Of a DNA stretch of 27,166 nt, positions 1 to 9,700 are shown in pieces (within the stretch, counting starts at the first letter, position 1; every line of letters starts with the position of its first letter). Where the stretch lies: the IMG/VR virus record IMGVR_UViG_3300027780_000059, positions 1 to 27,166 of that record; one strand, given 5' to 3'. Made by a program: the position numbers and the translations under genes. The notes beneath the pieces were generated by a model. That model ran no database searches, was not told where the DNA came from, and saw nothing but the letters and a program-made list of their open reading frames with translations. Source of the stretch: a virus (taxonomy: Duplodnaviria > Caudoviricetes).

Positions 1-897
1 ATCTAAATCTACGGATAATTTTTCTCCGTTAGCAGAGGTAACATTCATTCTATCACCTAATGCTCCAGTTTCTTCAAAATCAAAACCGTATTGATTAAAA
101 TGGTAATTCAATAAAGGCACTGCCTGTTCTTCAGATCCGCTAATTAGTTCTTGATTAACAGTGTTTATAGAAGACGAGAAAGGATCATTTGCTTGGGTTT
201 CAATAGTGTCAATATTGTCAGTAAACTCATTAAAAACCTTGTTCTCAACTTCAACTTCATTTATAGATGTTTTATTTTTCCAAGAACCTTTACCATATGC
301 TAATGCTGATTCTTTATCTTTACCAAAATCAATAATTTCTCCTCTCTTTTTAGCCTCTTCATATACAGGCTTCCAGTCTATTTCTGCATCTTCAGACATA
401 TCAACAAACTCTCCGTCTTCATTTTGAAATACCGTAGGAAAAGAAAACCAATTTCCCTCACCATCAGTTTCTGTTTTCATTTTATGTGTAGATACAGAAC
501 CATCTTTATTATTTAATACTCCATTTCTGTCAGGAGCATTAGGTATTTTAACCCCTGACTGATCTTCAAAGTTTAATTCAGATTCATTAATTACACCCTC
601 TTCAACTACCTCGTCTACTTCTAAAGAGTCCGAATATCCATCTGTCTGTACAGATTCCGTAACTTCCTCCACCCCAGAAGAAATTTCTTCTTCCAAATTT
701 TCTTTTTTTTTTAAATCCCAAGCTGATTTAAACATATTAAGATCTGTTTGATTGCTTAATATTTTATTTTCTATACCTTGTTGATACAGCGTATCTTGTA
801 GTTCCGGATTTGCTGTAGAGAATTGCTCAAAAGTAGTTTCGCTACTTAAAACTCCTGCATTTATATAACTTTCGTAAAGGGCTTTTAATTTATCCAT
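1..897 (-). CDS. N-terminal 299 codons of a probably large internal virion/ejected protein (runs off the window edge)
   Basis: Not in the ORF track. Translated by hand from ATG at 897 (MDKLKALYESYINAGVLSSETTFEQF...) with no stop down to position 1. A-rich leader, starts 11 nt after the previous stop. Function inferred only from position after two candidate ejection proteins. Confidence 0.8.
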   Translation of the reverse strand, partial: MDKLKALYESYINAGVLSSETTFEQFSTANPELQDTLYQQGIENKILSNQTDLNMFKSAWDLKKKENLEEEISSGVEEVTESVQTDGYSDSLEVDEVVEEGVINESELNFEDQSGVKIPNAPDRNGVLNNKDGSVSTHKMKTETDGEGNWFSFPTVFQNEDGEFVDMSEDAEIDWKPVYEEAKKRGEIIDFGKDKESALAYGKGSWKNKTSINEVEVENKVFNEFTDNIDTIETQANDPFSSSINTVNQELISGSEEQAVPLLNYHFNQYGFDFEETGALGDRMNVTSANGEKLSVDLD

Positions 898-908
898 TTA
901 TTTATTTA

Positions 909-3065
909 TTATTTTATTACGTTACCCCAAGCATCTACTTTAGGTGATACCCCTGAACCCACTGGTTTATTTTTACCAGAGGCTTTACTTGAATTATATG
1001 CATCTATAATCTTATTTATTGCTGCGTCTACATCACTTTGAAGTTTAGCATTGTCTTCTTCATATTCAAAAGTAACAGGAACTTCTTTTTCAGTAACAGG
1101 GTCTTTATAAGTTATTGTAATAGAGTTGGTCGAACCGCTTTCATCTTTAGAGCTTACCTTTATGTCTAGTGATGATCCATAACTTTTTTGAACTTTATCT
1201 AAACCTAAATTAAAAGCTTTTAAAACTACAGGCGCTGCTTTTTCTTGGCTATTAAAATCGCTCCCTGGTATTACCATAAACTCATCAGACATTGATGTAG
1301 GGTTTTTTGGGTCCAAAGAAATATTACTATTTGAATTATAATTATCTAATTTATTAAATGTTTTCTTTGTAGCAAAAGCTTCATCTCCTCCATACTCTGG
1401 ATTTGGAATCATGTTACCGTCTGCATCTTCTATCTCTTTTGGAGTAAAGTCCATACCGCTTGCTAAAGCTGACTCATAAAACTCATCAAATGACATATCT
1501 TTTGTTGCAGCTCTTGGAATTAATTCTCTATATATTTTTCGAGCAATATCTTTACTTGTTAAAGGTCTCTTTAAATCCAGCTCATCTGTTTGAGGGTCTC
1601 TAAAGAATTTATCTATCTTCATTGATATATTTTTACCTTTTACTGTTTTATCAATAATAATTTGATTTGCATTTCTATCAATACTATTAATCTTAGTGCT
1701 TCTGTCTGTGTAATTTGTTGACTCTAAAAATCTCTGATTCATGTCAGTTATTCTATCTTCAGAAACAGCAGCGCCCTCAGTACCTAAACCAGTTATTACA
1801 GTATTTATATCTCCAAAGTAAGCTTTATTTCTATCTTCTTCTTCTTTTACTCTTGTTGTGTTTGCTGTATCTTGTTGTTTCTGTTGCCCTGTAGCTCCTT
1901 TAGTTAAGGTTTCTACGTGAGATATCTGAGACTCAATTTCAGTATTAGCTAAACTACGAGCCTCTTTCATTTGCGCAGGACTTAATGTTGGTACTGGTCT
2001 TGACCCACTAACGTCTGCCTTCATCCAGTACTTTAAATCAGCTGCTTCTATGACTTTACCTTCTGCGTCAAATACACTATTATTTTTTAAATATTCTTCT
2101 TCTGTTTGAGCGTACTTATACCCACCGCTATTAAATAAAACTTGAGCAGCGTTTTCATTATTCGCATCACCTACCCTTCCAGTAAGAGTGTCAATTTTTA
2201 TTTCCTTCCATTGATCAAAAGTTATTTTCTTTCCAGTTAAATCTGATCCAAAATCCCCTAACTGCCTATAATCAGATACGGTTTTAACAGCACCTGCACC
2301 AGTTAAAACATTGTATTTAGGGCCACTAACAAAGGCTTTAATTATTTTACCAACCTGAGACGTAATACCCTTTGCTGCGTTTGTTAAACTAAACCTATCC
2401 TGCTGATACTTCATCAGGTCGTTCATCGTGTTAGGGTTCTGATAAGCAGCCTTGTTTTTGTAATAGTCAGGCATAACATTGTATGAACCACCCTTGTCTT
2501 TCCCCATGGTAACTAATTGAAGTTGCCCATTAATAGGATTAGACCATAATTTTTTGTTTTTTAAATTACCTAAAGCGCTTGTTAAATTGTTTTGATATAT
2601 CTCTAAACCACCAGCTTTGGGACCTAAAGTACCTTCAGCAATCTTTAACCTTTCTTTAGCCTCAGTAGCCCATTTATCCCATCCTTTTACGGCAGTATTT
2701 AAATTAGCGTACCCAGTTTTTTGTTGTTGCATAAAAAGCTTGTAGTCCTTTGGTTTAATTAAACCACGCTTTAACAAATCTGTTTGAACTCTTAAAGCCT
2801 CAATAGACATACTAGAACCATTGATAAGTAAACTCGCTGCGTCTTGATTATTTGTTCCCTCAATTTTACTCAATTGTTCCATTGAGTTTTGAGTTTCTGT
2901 ATCTATTGCGTCTTTCCTACCTTGTCTTTCATCCCTTATAGCTTCAGCGCCTTTTGTTAATTCACCGGCAATTTTATTCCAGTCAACTTGAGTACTTTCT
3001 ACATTTCTTTGAGCGTAAACAGAGTATTTATTTGCACCCTGTGGTATATTTTTATTTTCTGCCAT
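909..3065 (-). CDS. Putative internal virion/ejection protein, 718 aa
   Basis: Long ORF with helical, charged N-terminal half. Lies after tail stabilisation and GNAT genes, where podoviruses carry ejected core proteins. No catalytic motif recognised. Confidence 0.55.
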   Translation of the reverse strand: MAENKNIPQGANKYSVYAQRNVESTQVDWNKIAGELTKGAEAIRDERQGRKDAIDTETQNSMEQLSKIEGTNNQDAASLLINGSSMSIEALRVQTDLLKRGLIKPKDYKLFMQQQKTGYANLNTAVKGWDKWATEAKERLKIAEGTLGPKAGGLEIYQNNLTSALGNLKNKKLWSNPINGQLQLVTMGKDKGGSYNVMPDYYKNKAAYQNPNTMNDLMKYQQDRFSLTNAAKGITSQVGKIIKAFVSGPKYNVLTGAGAVKTVSDYRQLGDFGSDLTGKKITFDQWKEIKIDTLTGRVGDANNENAAQVLFNSGGYKYAQTEEEYLKNNSVFDAEGKVIEAADLKYWMKADVSGSRPVPTLSPAQMKEARSLANTEIESQISHVETLTKGATGQQKQQDTANTTRVKEEEDRNKAYFGDINTVITGLGTEGAAVSEDRITDMNQRFLESTNYTDRSTKINSIDRNANQIIIDKTVKGKNISMKIDKFFRDPQTDELDLKRPLTSKDIARKIYRELIPRAATKDMSFDEFYESALASGMDFTPKEIEDADGNMIPNPEYGGDEAFATKKTFNKLDNYNSNSNISLDPKNPTSMSDEFMVIPGSDFNSQEKAAPVVLKAFNLGLDKVQKSYGSSLDIKVSSKDESGSTNSITITYKDPVTEKEVPVTFEYEEDNAKLQSDVDAAINKIIDAYNSSKASGKNKPVGSGVSPKVDAWGNVIK

Positions 3066-3071
3066 AAGTCG

Positions 3072-3920
3072 TTATTGTTGAAAAATAGAAAAATCAAATC
3101 CAGAAGGATTATCTATAAATCCAGCGTAATCTTTTTTACTATATTGTTGATCTAGTAATCGTTGTCGCATTGCAGGTCTACCCATTGGTGTAAAAATAGT
3201 TTCAGCAAACAAAGAAGCTTTTTGCGGATCATAGTCTGCTCCTTTTGTCATATATTTTTTATATAAACTTTCATTTGGATTTGCATTTGCTGTTTCAACC
3301 CTTATTTTATCCCTTTGATCTTTTGAGAGTCCATCTAAAAACTTGTCTGCTCGCCTATCAGCTCCTGAAGTACCATACAATGGGGCTAAAGAATTTACTG
3401 CACCTGCAACCTGTCCAAGTCCTTGGAAAGCGCCTTGCATGGCACTTGTTTTAGCTTGAGCTGCATCACGAGACATTTGCGCCTTATCAGCAGCGGCACC
3501 CACTAACATATTTTTTTGATCGGTATTTATAGTTTGTTTTGATTCTGCTTGAATCTTGTCTAATTCATACATTTTATCTCCTAAAGCATTACGAGTATCT
3601 TCGTTTGCATCTGTAGTAGCAACATTAACTCTTCCAACTCCAGCCGCTAAGTTACGAGCATCTCCCTCCTGTAGTGACTGTACAATTGCGTTTTGGTTTG
3701 CTGTGTTTTGGTCAAACTCTTTTCCAAAGGCAGATAGTGGCACGTTTAAAGTTTGCGCGTAATCTATTTCAGCCTTCTTTTTAGCCTCTTCCATTAACTT
3801 GTCTGTTGCAGCCAATCCTTCAGCCTCCATTTCAGCAGCATCGGATGCCTGCTTAAAACTCATTCCCATTGCGGCAAGACCTGTTGTTGCACCTATTACT
3901 GCTGATGTTATTAATGCCAT
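3072..3920 (-). CDS. Putative small ejection (pilot) protein, 282 aa
   Basis: Hydrophobic Ala/Gly N-terminus (MALITSAVIGATTGLAAMG), Ala/Gln-rich helical body and a second Gly-rich hydrophobic stretch (GAFQGLGQVAGAV). Same architecture and position as T7 gp14 / P22 gp7-type ejection proteins. Confidence 0.6.
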   Translation of the reverse strand: MALITSAVIGATTGLAAMGMSFKQASDAAEMEAEGLAATDKLMEEAKKKAEIDYAQTLNVPLSAFGKEFDQNTANQNAIVQSLQEGDARNLAAGVGRVNVATTDANEDTRNALGDKMYELDKIQAESKQTINTDQKNMLVGAAADKAQMSRDAAQAKTSAMQGAFQGLGQVAGAVNSLAPLYGTSGADRRADKFLDGLSKDQRDKIRVETANANPNESLYKKYMTKGADYDPQKASLFAETIFTPMGRPAMRQRLLDQQYSKKDYAGFIDNPSGFDFSIFQQ

Positions 3921-3921
3921 A

Positions 3922-4332
3922 TTATAATTTTTTAATCATTTCCTTGTTATAACTATCTGCCTCAGTATATCCATTATTTAAATAATTTGATATTAAAGAT
4001 TTAGATTTTATTAAGGCGTATGAATACTTACACCCATTTAATTTTAATGTATTTGTCAGTGTTCCTATCAAAAGGTCTAACGCTTCTTTTCGTTTTACTT
4101 TATTTTTGTACTCAAAATTAGATACAATCCAATCACACCATCCCACTTTAGAGTTTGTAACATAAACGTATCCTGCACATACAGGAACATCTTTATCATA
4201 AACAATAAAACCTCCTTCTCCATTTTCAGGTAAAAAGTCTCTATTTGGTGGTGTCCATCTCCAGTCTTTCCACCACTTACACAAAACTTCTTCGTAATCT
4301 GTATTGTTTAATTTCCTTATTTCAAATTGCAT
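3922..4332 (-). CDS. GNAT-fold acetyltransferase-like protein, 136 aa
   Basis: N-terminal IRKLxxxDY, strands GFIVYDKDVPVCAGYVY and GWCDWIVSN, late YLNNGY segment fit the GNAT topology. Position between tail and ejection genes is common in podoviruses. Confidence 0.6.
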   Translation of the reverse strand: MQFEIRKLNNTDYEEVLCKWWKDWRWTPPNRDFLPENGEGGFIVYDKDVPVCAGYVYVTNSKVGWCDWIVSNFEYKNKVKRKEALDLLIGTLTNTLKLNGCKYSYALIKSKSLISNYLNNGYTEADSYNKEMIKKL

Positions 4333-4336
4333 ATTA

Positions 4337-4344
4337 CAAATATA
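4337..4344 (-). promoter_or_regulatory. Bacteroidota-type -7 promoter element TATATTTG
   Basis: Matches TAnnTTTG in a 20-nt intergenic gap, 4 nt before the GNAT ATG. Confidence 0.6.
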
Positions 4345-4352
4345 CTGATTTT

Positions 4353-5171
4353 CTACGGATTACTTTTCATCACGCTACTACCTACAGAAAACAACTCAAC
4401 AGGAACCGTTGAATTATTTGTTAATGTAAATTCCATGTAATAACCTCTTGCTCCATGCGACTCAGCAACAGCGCTTTTAACGTATGCAATGTATTGTCCA
4501 ACCGTAGGAACTGCTCCATTTGGCGGTGGCGTATTTAGAATTGTTATGCTTGTTGGTGTAACGGCTGTAATTACTCCAGCCAGTTTAGGGACATCAGCAA
4601 CACCAGCATTTATTGTAATACCAAATAATGTATCACCAATACTAACAACCGAGCCTGTTTGAACTGAGAAATCAATTACAGTATTATTACCAGCTATACC
4701 AGTAACAACAGTACAAACACCAACACCGTTAGCTGATCTCGCTTTCCAGTTAACAGTACCTGAATTGTTTCGTAAGAAACTAAACCACTCACCTTCTTTC
4801 TGCTCAAAATAAGTTCGCAACATTGACCCTGGACTACCGTCAGTTAAATCAGTAGTTAAACTAGTACACGCCCAAGCAGCATTTGAGCTGTCATTTGATG
4901 TTGTTGTCGATTCATACGACATAGTTTTAAATAATTTAATTGACTGAGTTGGCTGTGGATTAAATACACTTGTAATTGTAGAGCTGTAATTCTCTCCGTA
5001 AAATCGATTACGTGTTTCGTTTGTATTGTGTCGGTAAAGATCTCCACCACTAAAGCTATAAAAAAAACTATTCATACCTATCATGTATTCAGGTATAAAG
5101 CTATAGAAAGATGGGAACCCCTTTGCAGAGTCGCTATATGAAACGGTACTATTTGAACAATTTAAAGACAT
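4353..5171 (-). CDS. Separately encoded C-terminal part of crAss-like tail stabilisation (muzzle) protein, 272 aa
   Basis: Motifs TVSYSDSAKGFPSFYSFIPEYMIGMNSFFYSF, NRFYG, KLFKTMSYES, FEQKEGEWF and GARGYYMEFTLTN...ELFSV resemble, from recall, the C-terminal region of crAss-like stabilisation proteins. Confidence 0.65.
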   Translation of the reverse strand: MSLNCSNSTVSYSDSAKGFPSFYSFIPEYMIGMNSFFYSFSGGDLYRHNTNETRNRFYGENYSSTITSVFNPQPTQSIKLFKTMSYESTTTSNDSSNAAWACTSLTTDLTDGSPGSMLRTYFEQKEGEWFSFLRNNSGTVNWKARSANGVGVCTVVTGIAGNNTVIDFSVQTGSVVSIGDTLFGITINAGVADVPKLAGVITAVTPTSITILNTPPPNGAVPTVGQYIAYVKSAVAESHGARGYYMEFTLTNNSTVPVELFSVGSSVMKSNP

Positions 5172-5187
5172 ATTTTTTTATTTATTT

Positions 5188-6729
5188 TTATGGGCATACG
5201 TAAATAGTTTGGATAACACCTGACGCGTTTACTATTCCTGTAGTTGACGCACTATCACCGTCAAAAGTTCCAAAACCTCTATAATCAGTCCACGTAACCG
5301 TTGATGATCCAGTAGTTGATCCTGAATAAATTATATCACCAGTTTGAGGTAAAGTTCCAATTCCGTTGTGATATAAAAGTGTATCACACAAATAACCACA
5401 CCTACCATCATTTAAAGAAGAGGTTCCCGCTGTAGCGAAAAAAGAAGTGAGAGCAGTCCCACTGGTACAAGTAGCAGATGAAACAACAACACCATTCTGT
5501 ACACCTAAAGCAATAGTACCTGAAACATAGTAATATATAGTACCTGTATTATTTAAAGGATTAAGTCCACTTGAGTCTGTAAAAACAGAGTCATTAACTA
5601 CCGGGAAAGTGTTTGTCGCTGGAGGAACCACTTGAAAATAAATAGCTGTAGCTTGGGGAGTTTGACATACATTTGTTGGAGTCTGTGTTGAAGCTAAGAT
5701 ACTTGGTAACGCAGCAGTACAAGCAGCCGAAGAAACAACAACACCGTTTCTTACACCGATTGCAGTAGTGTTTCCTATTATGTAATACTGTATAGTAGCA
5801 GTATCATTTAAGTAAGTAGCTCCATTTACATCCGTAAAAACAAAGTTCCCAACATTAGGGATTGTGTTTGTGTCAACCGTAAAAGGAACATTTGTTCCTG
5901 TTGCATTTTTTGCGAAATAATATGTTTGAGTATTTACTGCACATGCCGTTGTAGACTGTGCAACTGAAGAGCCAAAACTTGACAACCCAGCAGGGCAATC
6001 TAATTCATATGCAAAAAAAGTTCTACACGCTGGAGCTGATATTTTTAAATTTAAAGAAGTTGGACTTGCGCTTGCTTTTGGTATTACCATTGTAAACACT
6101 GGACTTCCACTTAAAGCCCGACCACACATAGCGTTTGTTACTGTTAATGGATTTAAAGTTCCCTGTGCAACATAAGAAGATCCAGCGTAACTATAATTTT
6201 CAGGAGCATCACCGGTATTACAAACCCCAGGTGTAACACTTGTGTTTGTGTAAGCTCTAATTATATTAGCAGTGTCACTGCCTACGTAAGTAGGGTCTCC
6301 TGTTCCTTGGTTTCCAATACCTGAGTAATCAACTGCTGTTCCGGATCCGTCTACTAAAGTTGTACCATCGTTTCCTTGAGCTGTTAATCTATTGTAATTA
6401 ACAGAATTAAAATTAGCAATTACACCATCAGCAATACTATTCCCCATATAAAAGTATGCAACAACTGCACCTAAAGTATTACCTACATCAAAATTTATGT
6501 CAAAAAAACCATTCTGACTAAGAGATACAGAAATACCATTTCCACATGGAACACTACAATTACCACAGGCTTGTGCTACCAGTAAAACACCATTTGATTG
6601 TTGCCTTACAACACCACCCTGAGAATAAAAACCATCAGCCGCTAAAACCGACAAAGTACTATCCGTATACAGTGACGATGCCTGTGAAAAATTTAATCCG
6701 TCAAAACAATATGTTCCTAATACTCCCAT
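5188..6729 (-). CDS. Thr/Ser/Gly/Cys-rich modular virion protein (putative tail appendage or receptor-binding protein), 513 aa
   Basis: Beta-rich composition with about four Cys-bracketed modules, e.g. PNVGNFVFTDVNG..GVRNGVVVSSAAC and PVVNDSVFTDSSG..GVQNGVVVSSATC. Lies within the tail genes. Confidence 0.6.
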   Translation of the reverse strand: MGVLGTYCFDGLNFSQASSLYTDSTLSVLAADGFYSQGGVVRQQSNGVLLVAQACGNCSVPCGNGISVSLSQNGFFDINFDVGNTLGAVVAYFYMGNSIADGVIANFNSVNYNRLTAQGNDGTTLVDGSGTAVDYSGIGNQGTGDPTYVGSDTANIIRAYTNTSVTPGVCNTGDAPENYSYAGSSYVAQGTLNPLTVTNAMCGRALSGSPVFTMVIPKASASPTSLNLKISAPACRTFFAYELDCPAGLSSFGSSVAQSTTACAVNTQTYYFAKNATGTNVPFTVDTNTIPNVGNFVFTDVNGATYLNDTATIQYYIIGNTTAIGVRNGVVVSSAACTAALPSILASTQTPTNVCQTPQATAIYFQVVPPATNTFPVVNDSVFTDSSGLNPLNNTGTIYYYVSGTIALGVQNGVVVSSATCTSGTALTSFFATAGTSSLNDGRCGYLCDTLLYHNGIGTLPQTGDIIYSGSTTGSSTVTWTDYRGFGTFDGDSASTTGIVNASGVIQTIYVCP

Positions 6730-6735
6730 TTAAAA

Positions 6736-9700
6736 TTAATTTGTTGGACAAGTAGTTACTTCTGTTACTAATCCAAATTGATTTACTCTGATATAACTTG
6801 TTGCGCTAATTCTATAAATACCTAACGCCAATGTTGTTCCTACTTCTCCATTTGAGGATGAATATACAAAATCTCCAACTGATGGCAATGTTCCAGCACC
6901 AGTATGATAATAAGGAAAAATTAAAGGCTGACCACAAGCAACAGTAATATTCTGCTGTACAGAACTACTATTGTAAGCTGTGTAAGTAACCGTACAATCA
7001 CAACAAGCTGATGCTGAAGAACTTGCGTCATAGCAAAACTCTTGACAACTAGTTTCTCTATAGTCATATATTACATATAAATATTGATTTGATAAAGGTA
7101 AACTTAAACTAGGGACAATACCTTGATACAGTCCAGTTGATGGGTTTGTAACAGAAGCATTAGCTATTGTTGTAGAGGCTGCTAATAAGGCAGATATATC
7201 TGACTCTGTATTTGCATACAAAGTATTGCTGGATAAATATTTAAAATTATCGCTGTTAACAACCCAATCGTAATTATCAAATTCTACCTTGTTAGACCTA
7301 AGAGTTATATCAGTTCCACTATAAGGAAACACACCTAATGATCTAATCCCTACTTGAGTTTTATAATTAGAAGCCACTACATTACTACTTCCAAAAGTTG
7401 CTAATTCTGAATCGATTGGACTAACAACAACTGAGTCATTCCATTTGTATTCCGTATGAATAAAATCACCTGAATCAACCGGAGAGTTCATTACTACTTT
7501 TATAATTTCTATTTCAACTTCTGTAGGGCAATTTGCAATTATAGAAAAACTTGATCGTGTTACCCCTGTAATTGTTACAACTGCATTTAATGGTGTGTTT
7601 AAGGTTTTATCAAAACTAAACGTTCCAGCACCTGTTAAAGTTCCGCTTGTAGTTGTAATACCATTCCATAAAACAGATATAGTTATTGAGCCGGCAGGCG
7701 CAGGCAGAGTATCTATATTGTACGAAATATTACATTGACCTATTACTTGACCGTAATCAATAGTAGAAACTATAGTTTCATTTGCTTCTAAACCTGTTTT
7801 TTGAAAAGAATATCCACAATTAGAAATTTCAGGTGGTAAAGGAACAGACTTGCAATTCATACCTAATACATATTCATTCATGTATGGGTCATAACCGCCT
7901 AACTTTTGTGTTGTAATTGAATCAAAAAATTGATCCCTAAAATAAGACCTCATTCCGTTATTAGATATAACTTCTAAAGAATCATTATTCATGCTTGTAC
8001 CCCTAAGTCTTATTACGGCTCCTCTTTTTACATCTGTAAAATACATTTCGGAACCCCAAGACACAAAACTTTCAGGGTTGTAACTAATACCATACTCTTC
8101 AATACGAGCTATTTGAGTCCCTAATACTTGAGGTACTGAAGCAATAACTCCACCACCAGTACTATCACTAATTAAATTTTTGCTTGATAAAACATATGTT
8201 ATTCTATCCTCTTGTAATACAAGTATATCTGTTTCACGAGCATGCATTTTTTGTATTGGCCCAAATGAAGTTTCACAATCTTTAAAGTTTACTAACCCTA
8301 AATTAAATTCATTAAGATTATTAAGTCCACTATTACTACTATAAACTCCACTATAAGTAATCCCTTCAAACCTGTCAGCTTCTTTATAATCCTGATTAGA
8401 GACAGCCAAAACTCTTTGACCTAAGACCATGGCCCTTCCTGCCAACGAGTCTTTTATTTTAAAACTTTCAACTCCATTACCAAAAACAAAACAATCTTGA
8501 AAATCTAAATTAACAACAGCGTCTTGTGTTGCTGTTTGATTTTGATCTCCTAAAGTAGTGTTTGTTCCAGACATGTGGAAACCTTGTGGTTGTGTAATAG
8601 GATAAGATTCTGAAGCGTCATAATACAACTCTGTATTTGCGTCAACCGCTTCGCTTTCAAAAACCATTAACGTGTTTGTTCTTTCTACGATTAGCTCTAC
8701 ATGTAAATCTGAAGTTCTATCGCTTTGTGGCCATGTTCTATTACAACCATACAATCCGGATGAAACACCTAAATATAAAGGATCAGTAGATAAAGCACTT
8801 GCTGCTTGAATAAATTGAAAATACACTTCAAAAGAAGCACAAGTAACATTGTCAGCTGTTCTTTTAGTGTCTAATATATCTGCCCTAGGAGCATTACTAG
8901 GGGCCACAACGATAGGGTCATAATGTACTGGTGTTTCGTCAGATAAATTTCCTGGACTTGCTATCTCAGGATTAATATTATCCCCATTCCACCATCTTCT
9001 TGCATCAGTATAGTCATCACTTGATACGTATTGTTGATCCCATTCCCATAGTATTTCTTGGCAACTGTTTCCGTTATACGTATCGTTTCTAAACGCAGTT
9101 ACTTTTATTGTAATTGTTGATCCAGCAGGAATATCATAATTAGTTACAGCAGATCCATTTCCTACTACATCCTGAGTAAAACAAGGGTAAGCAATTTTTC
9201 TATTATTTGTACACCCACGTGTTGAACTTCTTTGTACTATTTCCCCATATTCAATAATAGAATCTTCAGGTATAGAAATATCAAAATTTTGATTTTTCAT
9301 TTGCATGTAAAGACCTGAAAGTTGATTTGAGTCTTCACCTAATTCATTGTCTGCATTTAAAAAATCACTACTTTCTGCACTTATATCTAAAACTTCAACA
9401 GTTACAAGCCTAGAAACTGGACCCGAAACATCTGCCTTTACAATTAACGTTTGACCCTTAGAAACCTTGTTTGCATTGTCTCCTTCTAATTTAAAGAAAA
9501 CCATATTGTCACTTGGTCTTACGTAATAAAAATTAGAGTATATAGTTTCATAGTTTCCTAAACTTGGTTTAACTACAAACTTATATCTTTCAGCCCAGTA
9601 AGGTGCTAAAGAATTAACAGCTACCTGTATATTATTCTGTTTATCACTATCTCCAGGTTCTATATAAACCGTATTTCTTTCTGAAACTAAAACAGTAGAT

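Noticed and set aside
6727-6738. 1605-aa and 513-aa ORFs are in the same frame, so readthrough could fuse them
   Set aside because: Two TAA stops (TAA TTT TAA ATG) separate them.
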